DNA from: Schizochytrium sp. TIO01
Taxonomy: Eukaryota > Protista > Bigyra: Labyrinthulomycetes
DNA: 64,000 nucleotides
Direction: 5' to 3'
NCBI GenBank assembly: GCA_004764695.1
Contig: SMSO01000033.1
Span: forward strand, 1,116,001-1,180,000
Positions 11,804 to 24,368 of the stretch are shown in pieces. The notes under the pieces were generated by a model. It was given only the letters and a program-made list of their open reading frames with translations, searched no databases and was not told the origin of the DNA. The position numbers and the translations under genes were made by a program. The number at the start of each line of letters is the position of its first letter. Position 1 is the first letter of the stretch.

Positions 11804-13405
11804 TCATCTTGAGCGCGAAGTTGAGGAGGAAACCCCAGGCCGTGGACGAAGGTATCTCGTCGCCTCAATGCAAATGAAGAGTTGTCCAATTATGGCACCA
11901 ATACCGGTAATTGCACCAACAGAAAACTGCATCGCCTCCGTAGATCGGGAGGTGGATGTGATAATCTCCGGCTCAAGATGAATGCCAGGTTTCGATCCTA
12001 GTTCAGAGGTGTGTGAACCATTCACATGGCCACATAACTGGCGATTAGGGCGAGCAAAAGCTACGCGACGCCGTGCAAGGTCGAAGAAAGTATAAAATGC
12101 TCGCATGAAGGTATCGCCCAGGACTGTGCGATCGTTCGCTGGCTGTATGCCAAGGCAAAAGACGTCAGCTTTGTACTGGATGAAGTACATGGATGGAGGA
12201 AGATCTAGCCGCACCCCTTCAAAATCAAAGCTCAGAGTTGGAAAACCTTGTGGAGGTTGCGTCAAGCATACTCCACGGTCGAAAATAGTTTCTTCTGTGC
12301 ACACACCAGGCAGAGAGCAAAAGCGCGCCTGGAAAAATTGAACAAGAGTGTCCCATATATCTTTCTCCAGAAGAAGCAACGTAGTTCCACTATCAACAAT
12401 CGCCTGTCGAGGTGGGCTATAGCTTGTCGACTTAATGGGCTCACCGCCAACCGAAATTCCTGCCAGGCCCACCGAGTAGTACGTTCCAAAGAGTCCCGTA
12501 CTAAGCATAGGAACAGAGCTCAGGGTTCCATGATAAAGTTTTTCCTCTTTGCCAATAGATCCGAGAACAAGCTTGCCACCGACATCGCCTAGGCACATAC
12601 CAAATCCCCAAATTGACGTGTCCTCATCGTTGAGAACAGCCTCATATGCTGGTGGAGAGCATGTCGGATTGCAGTTCAGTCGCGGTAGGCCGAGACCCAA
12701 AATTCCATCCACCCTAGTTGGCCAAGGACCAGTTTCCTTAAGTGCCTTGTAAACTACGACTTCTCCAAAGGACTTATTATTGAGGCTGAGCAAATCAGTT
12801 TCAAGGACTCCTTCTGAGGTAACGTGGTAATCAGAGTCGCCCCCATACTCCAAGTAAAAGCCACAAGTCTCAGGCTCTAATCCCGCGCAGCAACGTGTAT
12901 CATTTTCGCTTCCACGACGGCAGATCCATGTGTTTGCGGTGTTGAGGCCGCAGTGATCGCTGCTGCACGCAATAGGGGCTCCTCCAGAATACCCGCTTGC
13001 AGAGGCTAGAACCAGCGAGCTAGAACCAGTATCCACCTGGAGTCGCAGCGAAACATCTCCAATCTCCACATACGCCCAGTATTCACCAAGCGTCGCAATC
13101 CCACCTTCCAGATCCACTAAAAACCCGGCGCCATCTAGAGAGGAAGATCGCTTCGACTTCTTAGCATTCACTTCATTTGCACTTGCACTGTATCCATAAA
13201 TATTGTTCACAGCCTCGGCATTTTCGTAAACGCTTTCGTTGTGCTTGTTGACATTGATGTCGTTGTTGGTGACGGCACCGCTCCGAAGTTCACGCCGCAC
13301 ATACGAAGAGCCAAGAGCACCTACCGACGGAGACACAAGACCGGCAACCAACGCTAGCACTACTATAATGGCCACACGTGGCGCTTGCAGATGCTGCGGC
13401 GCCAT
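11804..13405 (-). CDS. Pepsin-family (A1) aspartic protease, secreted/membrane-anchored
   Basis: Two catalytic motifs (VDTGSS, VDSGTT), plus DGILGLG and VLGDTFMRAFYTFFD. Signal-like hydrophobic segment after MAPQHLQ (ATG at 13405; the ORF is open to 13489) and a hydrophobic C-terminal segment. Confidence 0.93.
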   Translation of the reverse strand: MAPQHLQAPRVAIIVVLALVAGLVSPSVGALGSSYVRRELRSGAVTNNDINVNKHNESVYENAEAVNNIYGYSASANEVNAKKSKRSSSLDGAGFLVDLEGGIATLGEYWAYVEIGDVSLRLQVDTGSSSLVLASASGYSGGAPIACSSDHCGLNTANTWICRRGSENDTRCCAGLEPETCGFYLEYGGDSDYHVTSEGVLETDLLSLNNKSFGEVVVYKALKETGPWPTRVDGILGLGLPRLNCNPTCSPPAYEAVLNDEDTSIWGFGMCLGDVGGKLVLGSIGKEEKLYHGTLSSVPMLSTGLFGTYYSVGLAGISVGGEPIKSTSYSPPRQAIVDSGTTLLLLEKDIWDTLVQFFQARFCSLPGVCTEETIFDRGVCLTQPPQGFPTLSFDFEGVRLDLPPSMYFIQYKADVFCLGIQPANDRTVLGDTFMRAFYTFFDLARRRVAFARPNRQLCGHVNGSHTSELGSKPGIHLEPEIITSTSRSTEAMQFSVGAITGIGAIIGQLFICIEATRYLRPRPGVSSSTSRSR

Positions 13406-14742
13406 CGTGGAGGGAGAGCTGCGCGCAAATGAGATTTGGGATTGATCGATTGTCAGACTTTGTCGATTAAATACTCGATAATATTGCATAGATACTCATA
13501 GTATGATTGTAGTACCTACCTAGAGTTTTTAAAACAAGTTTTCAAATAGATTCTGTTAGTGTAGTATATCTCTTCTCTGTTTATCTTGGCTAGTACCTAG
13601 TACAGTGGTAGGATAATCTGTGCAAATATATGTGCCTACCTCTCTTTGTATTCGACGAGTACTTTGTCTGCATTAACTCTTCGTAGGGCCCTTATAAATG
13701 GTATTTATATTTTTACTTCGTTTGCGCTTTTCAACTTTAGAGCACTCCCACTAGTCAAAGGCGGTATAATCCAAACAATCCCATTCTTTGATATCTTTGG
13801 AGGGGACCTAGGTTTTAGGTACCTATTGATGAAGCTAGATAACGTTACAAGATGGTATCCTGGGCAATAGATCTCCTTGTGGATGAAGAGAGTGGTGTGT
13901 ATTTTCCTTTAATCTTATATATAAAATATACACAATACAAAGAAAAGGCCGCAGAAAACAGAAGATGTACTCGGCGTGGATGGCATTCAAATTGCACTAT
14001 TTTGAGATCAGTATTTTTTCGAAGGGCCACCTACTCCTTACGAACATTCGAAAGTCACTACTTCGCACGGTTCCAGTCACTCTAATTACACCTTTCGGGG
14101 TTCTTATAAAATTAGAGTTTAATTTTCAACTGTGGCTGGTGGCAGGATCAAAAATAGCAGGATCATTATGTTAACTTTCTTAGTTTTTCGCTGCATCAAC
14201 GAAGTTTAATTTTTAGGGTGCTCATTCCGGTTTAGATATCAACTAATTAGGAATAAGAAGGCTGAGAAATGTGCATCAATTTGCACCAAACGGAACTAGA
14301 TTATGTTTAGACTACTAGATAGTGCCCCTAAGAGAATCGGATAGACAAGCGTCCAGTAGGCTTCCAAAGCTAGTACTGGTATCAATAGTGCCTGCTTATA
14401 CGAGTTAGCTCGCGTTTTAACCTGGCTCGGTCAAAGCTTCCCAAAATGCTGACTGGACGACTTGATTCATGGTTTCATCTTCAGGTATTTGCAGTACCTA
14501 TGTTGGGGAAATTCTGAGAAAGGAGGACTCCTTAATTGAAGAAAATATATAACTAGCAGTCAATTTAAAAGTGGAAACAAATTAACGCCCTCATTTGCCA
14601 ATATAATTACAGAATAAGTCTTACAGAGAGGCCGTTGTCCATATAACATCCAATAGGCATTTATATCCAGAGATAAACATTACGTTACATCCCTAAGGAG
14701 GAAGAATACATAGTGATTTGGCATCCAACAGTCGCTTAAGAC

Positions 14743-15660
14743 TCAAGAACTTTCATCCAGGCTAGCTGCTTGTAACCTACGTGATAATGATGATACAGAT
14801 TGACTTTGGGTCTGATTTAAGGTATGATCTTGAATTTGCTGCAGTTTCACTGCAGAATCGCTCGGCAACTCCCAGAGCTCCGCAACGGGAGTGCGGCATA
14901 ATGGACAGGTCGGGTTGGCCTTAGAGAGCTGTTTAGCACAGTCTGTACATAGGCAAGTGTGCATGCAGGGTAGCATTGTTGTATTCTGCGGGTTCGTAAG
15001 GCAAATAACACACTCTTGCGAGGCCTCCTCAACACCGCCTCCAAACATTGTCTTCAGCCGATACATCTTACCCTCCTGCGACGTTACTGACTGTTCTTTC
15101 TCTTCCAAGTTGGTATCTAGCTGCGTAGACTGCGACTTGGCCCAACTCGCTTCACTGTCCTGTTCTAATCTTATCACAATCCCTGCTGCCAGCGCTTCTT
15201 GACACGGAACTCGAATTGAGATAGTCTGCTCTCCAAGGCTTACGGGGAAGCACACCTCGGAGCCTTCCGCACCTGCAACGAAGAAGGGTTCCGTATAAAT
15301 TGTCTCCGGTGCGAATATCACTACTGCGCGCCCCTGTACGTCTGCACGTACTTTAAACTCGAGCGTGTTGAGGCTGTCGAACTCTCCCAGAACCTTTGCG
15401 GAACCGGGCACCATCGCAATACCAACTCTCATTCCACCGGCGCGACGGAGTTCAGGACCTGCACGGATGATGCTTTCTCCATGCGCGGTGAATACAGAGG
15501 TTGAAACCATCCGGTGGTGCTGGCGAGCCGCTGCGGCTTGCTGTGCTGCCTCCACATCTGCCCAGCTGCGCACGGCGCCGACAGTAGCATGGCTTTCGAT
15601 GGCGGTGGATGTTGATGCCTCAGAGGGCCATGAGACTACTCCACTCAAGGTGTTGCCCAT
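14743..15660 (-). CDS. C3HC4-type RING E3 ubiquitin ligase, LOG2/MGRN1/RNF157-like
   Basis: ECVICLTNPQNTTMLPCMHTCLCTDCAKQL...CPLCRTPV, preceded by YRLKTMFG (resembles the Y.L.EIYG motif of this family). The N-terminal MGNTLS is a plausible myristoylation site, as in the family. Confidence 0.82.
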   Translation of the reverse strand: MGNTLSGVVSWPSEASTSTAIESHATVGAVRSWADVEAAQQAAAARQHHRMVSTSVFTAHGESIIRAGPELRRAGGMRVGIAMVPGSAKVLGEFDSLNTLEFKVRADVQGRAVVIFAPETIYTEPFFVAGAEGSEVCFPVSLGEQTISIRVPCQEALAAGIVIRLEQDSEASWAKSQSTQLDTNLEEKEQSVTSQEGKMYRLKTMFGGGVEEASQECVICLTNPQNTTMLPCMHTCLCTDCAKQLSKANPTCPLCRTPVAELWELPSDSAVKLQQIQDHTLNQTQSQSVSSLSRRLQAASLDESS

Positions 15661-16642
15661 AGGATTCACGAAGAGTGCGTCGAGAAGAAATGCGTCTCAA
15701 GGCCATGCAGAGGAATCTCCTCGCGACCAGATCTCCAAGCACCGCTCTCGTTTTGATTTTGCTTTTCAACTATAAGAGGGTACCTACCCACTATAGTTTT
15801 CCGAAGTACTTTTCTGCTTATCCTCTATGACTCATAGTAAGGGAGTAAACAACCCATAGGATTACTCCCGATAAAGTGGTTGATAGGATCTTAGAAAGTT
15901 CTATACCCGCAATGTTGAAAGGGTGTGCACGAAGGCCACCATAGGTATATATACTTAAGGTTAGGCCTATGAATATGAGTGAACTGAGAGGTCCGTTTCG
16001 CGGCGCGGAGGGATACAGGAGGCTGAAGAAGATGAAGGGTTGTTGACGAGTAATATAAGGGGTCCTCGAGAAATGTTTGTTGTTGAGATCTTTGATTTCG
16101 AATTCTTTCTACCACCTTTGTAATAACGATTTCATTTAGGTATTGGCAATGAAAAATAACCAAGTCAAAGACATAGATATTATATAAAGGTTAACTTTGA
16201 AGAAAACCACGAGAACGTGAAAGAAAATACGCTCGAGCTTGTTAATTTTTTCTGCTGATTATTAAAAGCTATAATATTCACAAAATTTTCATGAACTGGG
16301 GCATTTTAAAAAAAAATCCAAGGGTTGTTCTTGTAATAGTAGGTATGTGAAACTTGGAAAGTGATTTTTTTTTATTCTTTAGAGGATAGATGACAAGGGC
16401 GCTCTTGGAAAAATATTGTAAATATTGTTTGCTGCACAAAAGACAAAAACTAGGTATCGAATTCATTGAAAAAAGTCGGAAGGAAGAAAAAAGAAAGAGA
16501 CTACCAATGGTGCTTAAATGAGGGAGATATACACATGGTTGTGAAAAGCACGGAGATTGAGACATCAAGGAAATATTAATCGCTTGGTCGGTTGCATAAA
16601 GAAATCACTGTCTGCGCTTGCAATTATTTGTTGGAGGCAAAG

Positions 16643-17578
16643 ATGCAAGCACAACATGACAATAGAACTGGCGCTCAAGGGCATTGCCAACTTGAGAATT
16701 CTGAGCTAGCCAAGCTGGTTATTCGAAACAAGATATTAAGAAAGCGTTGCAAACACGCTGCCAGGCAACTCGACAAACTTGTACAAGAGGCAGAGCACCA
16801 CGCAGTACGTGATGAAATTGCTATTGCACAAAACAAGAAAGACGCCAATTTTTACGGAGACGATTTTGATGAGGTTGAAGGGAAAAACACGCTACGTAAA
16901 CTCGAAGCACAAGAAGCTAGCCTTTTCAAACTAGTGTCAGCAGAGCAACGAGGACATCATTTATTGCTAAGTCGAAGTGAGCAGCTAGCAGAAAGCCAAG
17001 TCCAAAAGGATGGCGAAAGACTCTACGCACAAAAGATAGACCTTGAGCTGCGTATAAAGTTTCTGCAACAAGAAAACCAAAGCATAAGAATCGTGGTGGA
17101 ACAGCAAAAGCAAGCACTCCAAATTGAAGTGCAGCAAAATGAACCAATACGAAAGAAGGAAGAGAGCATTCGCCAGGAAATACTAGAAACTAAAAAAAAG
17201 ATGAAAGAGGCAGCTCTACAACTTCCTACGTACTCTTCTACGAAAACAGCAATACGCAAACATGAAAACATGATGGTTGTCCACTGTGAAAATGACAGTC
17301 TAGTTAAATCTATTAAATTTCATCAGGCGCGCGCGGCTGAGCTTATTCCCTCAAAGAGTCGTCCTAGTCCACGGCATTGTATTCAAGAAAAGATGGCCTC
17401 CCGCATATGTGCACAGCTTCACCAGCGATGCGATCAGTTACAGAAAGACCATGCATATCGTATGCAAAAAATATACCAACGTTACATACACATGAAAGAG
17501 CTCGAGGAAAACTTGCGAGTACTTCGAAGCGGGCTCTCAGCTCCGCCAGGTGCTTCAGAATTAGTTGAAACTGTTTAA
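16643..17578 (+). CDS. Hypothetical coiled-coil protein
   Basis: About 311-aa ORF from the first ATG, rich in E/Q/K/L heptad-like sequence. No recognisable family motif. Confidence 0.6.
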   Translation: MQAQHDNRTGAQGHCQLENSELAKLVIRNKILRKRCKHAARQLDKLVQEAEHHAVRDEIAIAQNKKDANFYGDDFDEVEGKNTLRKLEAQEASLFKLVSAEQRGHHLLLSRSEQLAESQVQKDGERLYAQKIDLELRIKFLQQENQSIRIVVEQQKQALQIEVQQNEPIRKKEESIRQEILETKKKMKEAALQLPTYSSTKTAIRKHENMMVVHCENDSLVKSIKFHQARAAELIPSKSRPSPRHCIQEKMASRICAQLHQRCDQLQKDHAYRMQKIYQRYIHMKELEENLRVLRSGLSAPPGASELVETV

Positions 17579-18133
17579 TAGTATATTGTACATATTATTT
17601 AGAAATATGTAAAAAAAGAGAGGAGGTTAAATTTTGCGTTGCTGCTTCTCGTGTAGCGTTGTCCATCGGAATATCGACATATACTTTCATTCTTTAATTT
17701 TTTGTTGATAATTTTTCTTCGAACATTCCAACCCTGCAGGATTGTCAACTTGGAAGCGCTCTCAAAGTTCTTCTGATATTGTGACCAACGGCGTAAGACT
17801 ATGTGTAAGTTCTTATATGTATACTGATATTTGGATATTATATGAACTGTCTACAAACAAATAAACAACCTAACTAACGAACGAACGAACGAACAATCAA
17901 TTTTACTTAGTAAGTGTAAAGTCAGTCTTGCCTATGTGAGTGTTTTGCACAATGTGGTCAGCACCTTAAGTGCTATTTTGTTCGAGCGCGGTGTCCATTA
18001 CAATCTAGAAGAGACTTTCTTTAGACACACACAAAAAAAAGAGTGAAGGAGATTCAAAACAGGACATTTGGTCATTGATTTGGATATGAGAGTATTAGGC
18101 GTAAATTGTATTGAATGGATGCCTCGCTCACCT

Positions 18134-19836
18134 TCAGTCGCGAGACTGACTTTCTAGCATTTCTAAGATGGTGTGATCGCGACACAGCTTACGGAACTCC
18201 ATAAAATCAATCACCTCCACATGGCTACGGTTTGTGTCTAGGACCTCATCCACCTCATACTCCATGAAACCCAATTTCACTAAGGCTTCACGCAATGCAA
18301 TTGTAGGGATTTCCTTATCGTGGCCATTACCATAAAGGTTTACAAGTCTGTCATAAACACGGTCAATGCGTTCTTCCTCAGCCTTTGGGAGCCTTGATGA
18401 CATTCTGCGTGTCAAGGTAGATGCAAGTGGTGTCTCGATATCTTCATGATCATCATTGACAGGTCTCAAGGGTGCTGCAGAAAGGTGTTGCACTTGATCT
18501 ATTTGTGCACCAGATGCTTTACGCCAAGCCGTGCGCAAGGGCATGTCAGTATTTTTCAAGAGGGAAGCGATAAAGTCATAGCACGCAAATTCAATACCCG
18601 TTTGCGGGGCAGCGCGTGATGCGTTGGCAAGGAGGCCTTTGTAAAATCCTCGGGCGCCTCCAGATGCGTAGATCTTGCGGATACAATCCGATGTATTCGC
18701 ATAAAGTCGTTGCTGCCCGAGAGCGCCAGAAACTTGCATATGGCGGCGAACAGTGTCTATTGGATAGCTAAAGATTGTGAGAGGATTGCTGCAGTCGAGC
18801 CAAGCATGACCTTACCGAGTGGATGTGAGAAGAAGGGATCTCCTTGTGTCATATCCTTAAGGGTATCGTAAGTAGATAAGCTGATGGCAAGATAAGGCAT
18901 GATACCGCACAGGGAAATACCGAGGCCTTTGTACATTCCGGCAATGCCTTCCTTTTCAATAGTCGACTGCATCAAGTGCACCATGCCATTATACCTCGAT
19001 GAAGTATCAGCACTGAGACGCGTCCGTGCTAAATCTAGCGGGTATACCGGAATAATGGTGGATACTCCCGAAAGCGCACCACAAAACATTTTGCGTAAGA
19101 ATTTCTCGCGGCCTTTGTATTCTGCCTCGCCTTCAGGGAAGGCCAACTTTTTATAGGTGTCAAACGTCGTAAACTTGATGGCAGAATTCGGGATAATGCG
19201 CAACACATTGACGCCATTTCCTCGCCAGTACGCAAGGACACCTTGCTCACGGCCAATACGGGTTAGACAGTCCCATATTCCCTTATATTTGAGCGCCTCA
19301 GGAACTTTAGAAACAGCCTGTACTTGCAAGACGACCTTGACGCGCTCTAAAGGGGCCGTCAAGGTCCTGCTGATAGCACCTGCACCTCCACCGGCAATAA
19401 GCTTGCGAACGACCTGGTCCTCTCGCGAATTGGGTGACTTTGAGGGACTTGAAGAAGAACCGGGAGATGGCGAAGATGAAGATCCCTGATTTGAGCCTGA
19501 ACTGCTGCTTTGTGACGAGATTTGTTCAGATGGTGTTGGCAAGGCCTGCAATACTGAAGGTGAAGTCGCCTGAGATGGTGCAAATACCCATGGCAATGAA
19601 TTCTCCTTTTTAGAGACCTGAATCGAAGATGATGTCGGTGATGTCGGTGCTGGGGCCTTTGCAGATGCCGCCCACACGCCCGGCAGGCCCTCTACGTGCT
19701 GATGGTGCTCCATTCGCAGGAAAGTTATATTGCGGTTATGGACTTGGAGACCGTCCAGTTGGATCTGGGTGCTCCACGCTACACCAGAGTTCTCAGACGC
19801 CTGGGCAGCCCGCGATGGGCTACAGGTGCTGGCCAT
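18134..19836 (-). CDS. SLC25 mitochondrial carrier (three carrier repeats) with a Ser/Pro-rich N-extension and an EF-hand-like C-tail; interrupted by a 1-nt frameshift at about 18770
   Basis: Carrier signatures APLERVK, YPLDLARTR and, after the frameshift, YPIDTVRRHMQ; also YWRGNGVNVLRIIP, MYKGLG and FYKGLLAN. ORFs 18757..19836 and 18134..18739 join if one base is added at the A3 run 18770-18772. Confidence 0.88.
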
Positions 19837-21140
19837 GCGGAGTCTGCGATGAGCGTTATTGCGAGTCTGCGCCTCGATTTCTGTCTACTACTCCTACTTC
19901 TTGTTTTCCGATGTTGGCATCATCTCTTTTCTTTTTCTTTTCTTTTCCTTTCTTTTCTTTTTCCAATTTCTTTTCCAATTTCTTTGTTCAAACTACTTCC
20001 TGCTAGTACTGTGCTTAGGGTATCACTACCTACTACCCTGTACTTTTGCAACTTGAAGATATAATTTCAAAAACATTAACTTGAAGTATATATTGCTTGC
20101 TGTACAAAGTGCTAGCGATGCATATGCCCCATAATCGTCGCCTTTGGAGCTTCTTGCACCCATAATTAGATATAACTGCTGAAGGAGCTGCCAGATTGCT
20201 GACCTTTTTCTGAAAGCGAATTTGCTTTATGCGTTCGCTTGGTGTCTAAGTCGTGAAAAATAGAAGATGTGGCAATGTCGAAAAGTCCTTATTATACCGA
20301 TTTTTTCTTGCTTAAAAATAAATATGAATAAAAGCAAGTGATGTAATCTCTCTTTCTGTGCGCAGTAAGATAGGAAAAAGGACGTGAGAAAAAGACAAGA
20401 AAACAAACTTTCATACGAGAAAAGAATACAGAGTATTACATCCCCGAAGTCTTGGTCCTCCACGAACATTGAGCAACGCTATGATCCAGCATTGCAAGTT
20501 CTCAACAACGAGAATTCGCGTGAGTAAGGGGCGAACAATCGATAGATGGTGTAGGTATAGGTATCTGTGATGGTATTCTTCGTTCAATGGAATGACCACA
20601 TTGGTAGATACAGCATCAATTTACTTTTTATGAAAACTTGTTTACTTGAATAATCAAAGCTTGAGTAAAGCCAAGAGTCTCTGCGAACGAGACGATGACT
20701 CTGAGCATGCTATACGTGAGAGTTCCTTGGGCATATCATGGGTGTATAAAAGCAGACGCTAAGGATATTGGGCATCATGGAAGTGGCGTACCTTTTATGT
20801 GGGCTAAGCTCAGGATGGGGAGGGAAGCTCAGAACTTCGTCAGAAGCAGTGGGACAGCGTGAGAGTTTATTTATTTATTTACTTAATTATTTTATTTTAC
20901 TTAATTATTAGAAGAAAAATATATATAAAAATAGATGACTACAATTATAAGTATGAATAGATAGAAAAGAGGGTTTTCTTTGAACACATTTTATCTATGA
21001 CTTTAGATAAGAACAAAGAGTCTTTTGCCAGCTTCAAAGTTTGCTCATCTTTCTTCTGGTCCTCTCATTCCCTCATTTATCTCCTCTTTGTTGGGAGAGA
21101 CGCCTACTAGGTACTACTCCGTCAGTATGTTTAATCAGTC

Positions 21141-21192
21141 AATGAATGAATGAATGAATGAATGAATGAATGAATGAATGAATGAATGAATG

Positions 21193-21252
<60 letters not shown>
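21141..21252. repeat. Compound microsatellite (AATG)13(AATC)15
   Basis: Perfect tetranucleotide arrays, switching unit at 21193. Confidence 0.95.
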
Positions 21253-21253
<1 letters not shown>

Positions 21254-21673
21254 GTCAACTTTGGCAAGAAAAAGGACTTAATTTTTTTTAAATTAAAAAA
21301 TATCAAAAAAGCAATCATGATAAGAGAAGAGAGAAAGAGAGAAGTTAACTTATAGTAAACGCCTGAAAGCGGCGTGCTTTTGCGCCTTTCTAGCTGCAAA
21401 ATGAAGCTCGGATACCTATCTCGTCCATGGGCGAGTGGGTCAGTGAGTGCGTTGTCTTCGTGGGCGCCTTCAAAGAGGCCAGCTGGCTAGCTATGATATT
21501 TGCAGGTCATGGCCTGCAAAACGAGGTGTAGTTTCTTTGGTCATTTTTGATGGAGCAAGCGCCACCTAATTTCTGTCTATGTACTCTCTCTAGAGATGGC
21601 TACGTTTTCCGCGGATAATCAATAATGCGTGAGTGAGCAGAGAATGAGTGAATCAGCGAATGAGCGAATGAGC

Positions 21674-21701
21674 GAGTGAGTGAGTGAGTGAGTGAGTGAG
21701 T
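21674..21701. repeat. (GAGT)n microsatellite
   Basis: About 7 GAGT units, preceded by degenerate GAAT/GAGC units. Similar arrays occur near 22567-22603 and, as ACTC, near 42900-42930. Confidence 0.85.
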
Positions 21702-22277
21702 ATTACGAGCACTGCACACAAGCATCTCGAAAAGGGAATGCAGTGCTCATGGATGAGGCACGTAGGGGTACGAGTTTTCTAGCGATGGTAGGATGGTGCT
21801 CGAGCTGTGTACGGACTTGCAAATCATAGTCGCTTTTATTTCTTTTCAATGCCTCTGTCATAAATATATTCATACTACATATCTCTCTAGCTAGACAGCA
21901 GTGGGTAGGTAGTTGTTTGTAACCTGAATCATGAAATGTATGTATGCAATGATGTAGTAAGTACGTACTGGTGTCTAATTCACCCATTCCCCGTGGGCTT
22001 CGTGAGAATGGATAAATAATAAATAAATAAATAAATAAATTAATAATTAATTAAATAATTAAAATTTTATACGCAGTGTACGTACCATGCATCTTTTGGG
22101 GGTTCCCTGAGATTTGGTTCGACGTTGCCTCACTCTCTCGCGGATGCTCCCTCCTTCGAGATCAGGCCACAGCAGATTAAATGCTGTGCAACAGCATCGC
22201 AGAAAAAAAAGAAAAAAGAAAAAAACAAGCTAAGCGAGCGCTCTCGTCTAGCAGATATTAGAGTTCTGGTTAGGAGG

Positions 22278-22309
<32 letters not shown>

Positions 22310-24368
22310 ACTATAAAGTTGCCACGATGCTCGAAATTGCTTCTCCATTAGCTCTAAGCTCGGTCATGTGAAGCTGCTTATGCATAACTCAAGAAATCAT
22401 AGGCCAACGAATGTTCGAGCTGCATTCTCGAAATGCAAGGCAGCTTGCAAATCCCTCAACTCTGCGTAACGCCCTCAAAATAGTTCGAGGTAGAAAGGAA
22501 GGACATCGTTGAAACACTAACCTTACGTGGAGGCCTTCCTCCTCCTCCGCGCCCTCCTGCACACGGTGAGTGAGTGCGTGAGTGAGTGGGTGAGTGAGTG
22601 AGTGCCTCGCTTCGCAACAAGCAAGTCAGCTCGTCGGTCATCGAGAGACCATTCCAGTCGATTCATCCATTGCAGGCAGAAGGCACGCAACTGCGAAAAC
22701 TAGTTCACGGGGTTATTCGAAGGCCCATGTCCTGCTTCCATTCCAGCTGCTAGCCATCATCATCTCAAGAAATAGTCGATACCTAAGCGAATGATTGATG
22801 CCTGAAGAGCTACTGAGGAGGTACGTACGAAGAAAAGGAGAAGAACAGGTTACGCATGGGAATATGAGGTTCTCTGGTTCAGGAACTCGGGAGAGCAAAG
22901 AACCACGAGATCGTAGGGAGCGTGCAGAGGGCTTGGAGAAATAGGACAGAGAACAAGCTCGGAATATTGGGGAAGATACAATGCCTTGGGACAGGTCCGA
23001 GTTGAGAACCATGAGCAGCAAATCGCAAGTGTAGTTTGCACGCACCTGTCAGCCTTGAAAGCAAAAGTACTTCGGGCCGAACATAATATGTTGACGGTCA
23101 GACTTCATCTCAAGGTGCCATGTGTGGGCAGGAAAAATAGCACGGATCAATGTCGAGATTGTGCAATGAACGTGACCTGGTGAATTGACGGGAACCCATC
23201 TACTTACGTTGACTGAGCTACGCTGACATCATCTCTAGAGGTCATGATATTGTAAAGGCTGAAATGGGCTAAATTGTGTCGCTAAAAGCGCGCGCTGGGG
23301 ATTGACGAAGACACTCGAGACTGAGAACTGAAGTGGGACCTTGGAAAATCAAGGAAGGACATTGCCCTATACGATGGCTTAGACCAATAGATAACTATTG
23401 CTTCGCAGCGTTCAGTAAGCTTGTAATGCCATGCAAAAGTTTTGGTGCTTCGAAATCAAAGTCAAGGGGACCGTAGCAGAGAGCAGAAGTCACGATGGAG
23501 ACCCTCAAAACAAACCTGTTTCTCATCTTCCACAGAAGGGGCTAGCACAAACCCCATCGAATAAACTCAGACGAATTTATGACTAGCTCATGGAGGATAT
23601 ACGCAAAGTGAGACCATGGTTCCTTGGGCTAGAAAAGCCAACCTGAGGAACAATTGAATGCTGAGTAAACCACCCAGAAAGGTCTTTCCTTACAAGCCCT
23701 CTCATTAGCAAAGATTTTCATTTGGCTTGATGATATTATATGCAGAATGGGAGACAACCTTCGCTGTATTTGCTTATAATAAATTGTGTAATAGATAGCA
23801 AGTGCTGCCCGGACCAAGAAATGAAGTACTGCTCTCAAGTTTTCAAGCCACTTCAGAATATAAAATTGCTATAATTCCCTTTGAGTATGTACTAATTCCT
23901 CTAAGACTACATAGATTGCCGAGTATGACTTGAAGTATAACTACCCTATTAATAGTAGCTAAGGAAGAATAAGCGAATTATTCTATGTTTATCCACTACC
24001 GCAACAAACGCTCTCGCCACAAACACCAGGGCTTCAGGCATAGCTGTAGAGCCCAAGCGCTTGCCTGCTGTGTTGTGGGTTGCGGCACAAGAAAGCTGAA
24101 GGAACTTCTTCTCCTTGTTGCACGCTGGAGAGGCTCTTCGTGTGGAGGACTTTCCCATTTTGTTATCTTCTTGTCTGCATATTTGGGGGTGAAGGTCGTC
24201 TAAAGCAAAAGGGTTGTTGGTCATTCTGCGCATCGAAACCTTCGTGGCAGCAGTAAACCAAGAAAGCCCCGTAGTCAGCTGACAACTGTTTGAGACAGGC
24301 AATACTTCCGAAGTCTAAGATAAGCAGGTGTACCTGAACGCAGGCAGAATCCACAAGAGCGGGCTACA

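Noticed and set aside
22680-23620. Coding-like purine-rich stretch upstream of the helicase
   Set aside because: Only short ORFs with no recognisable domain.
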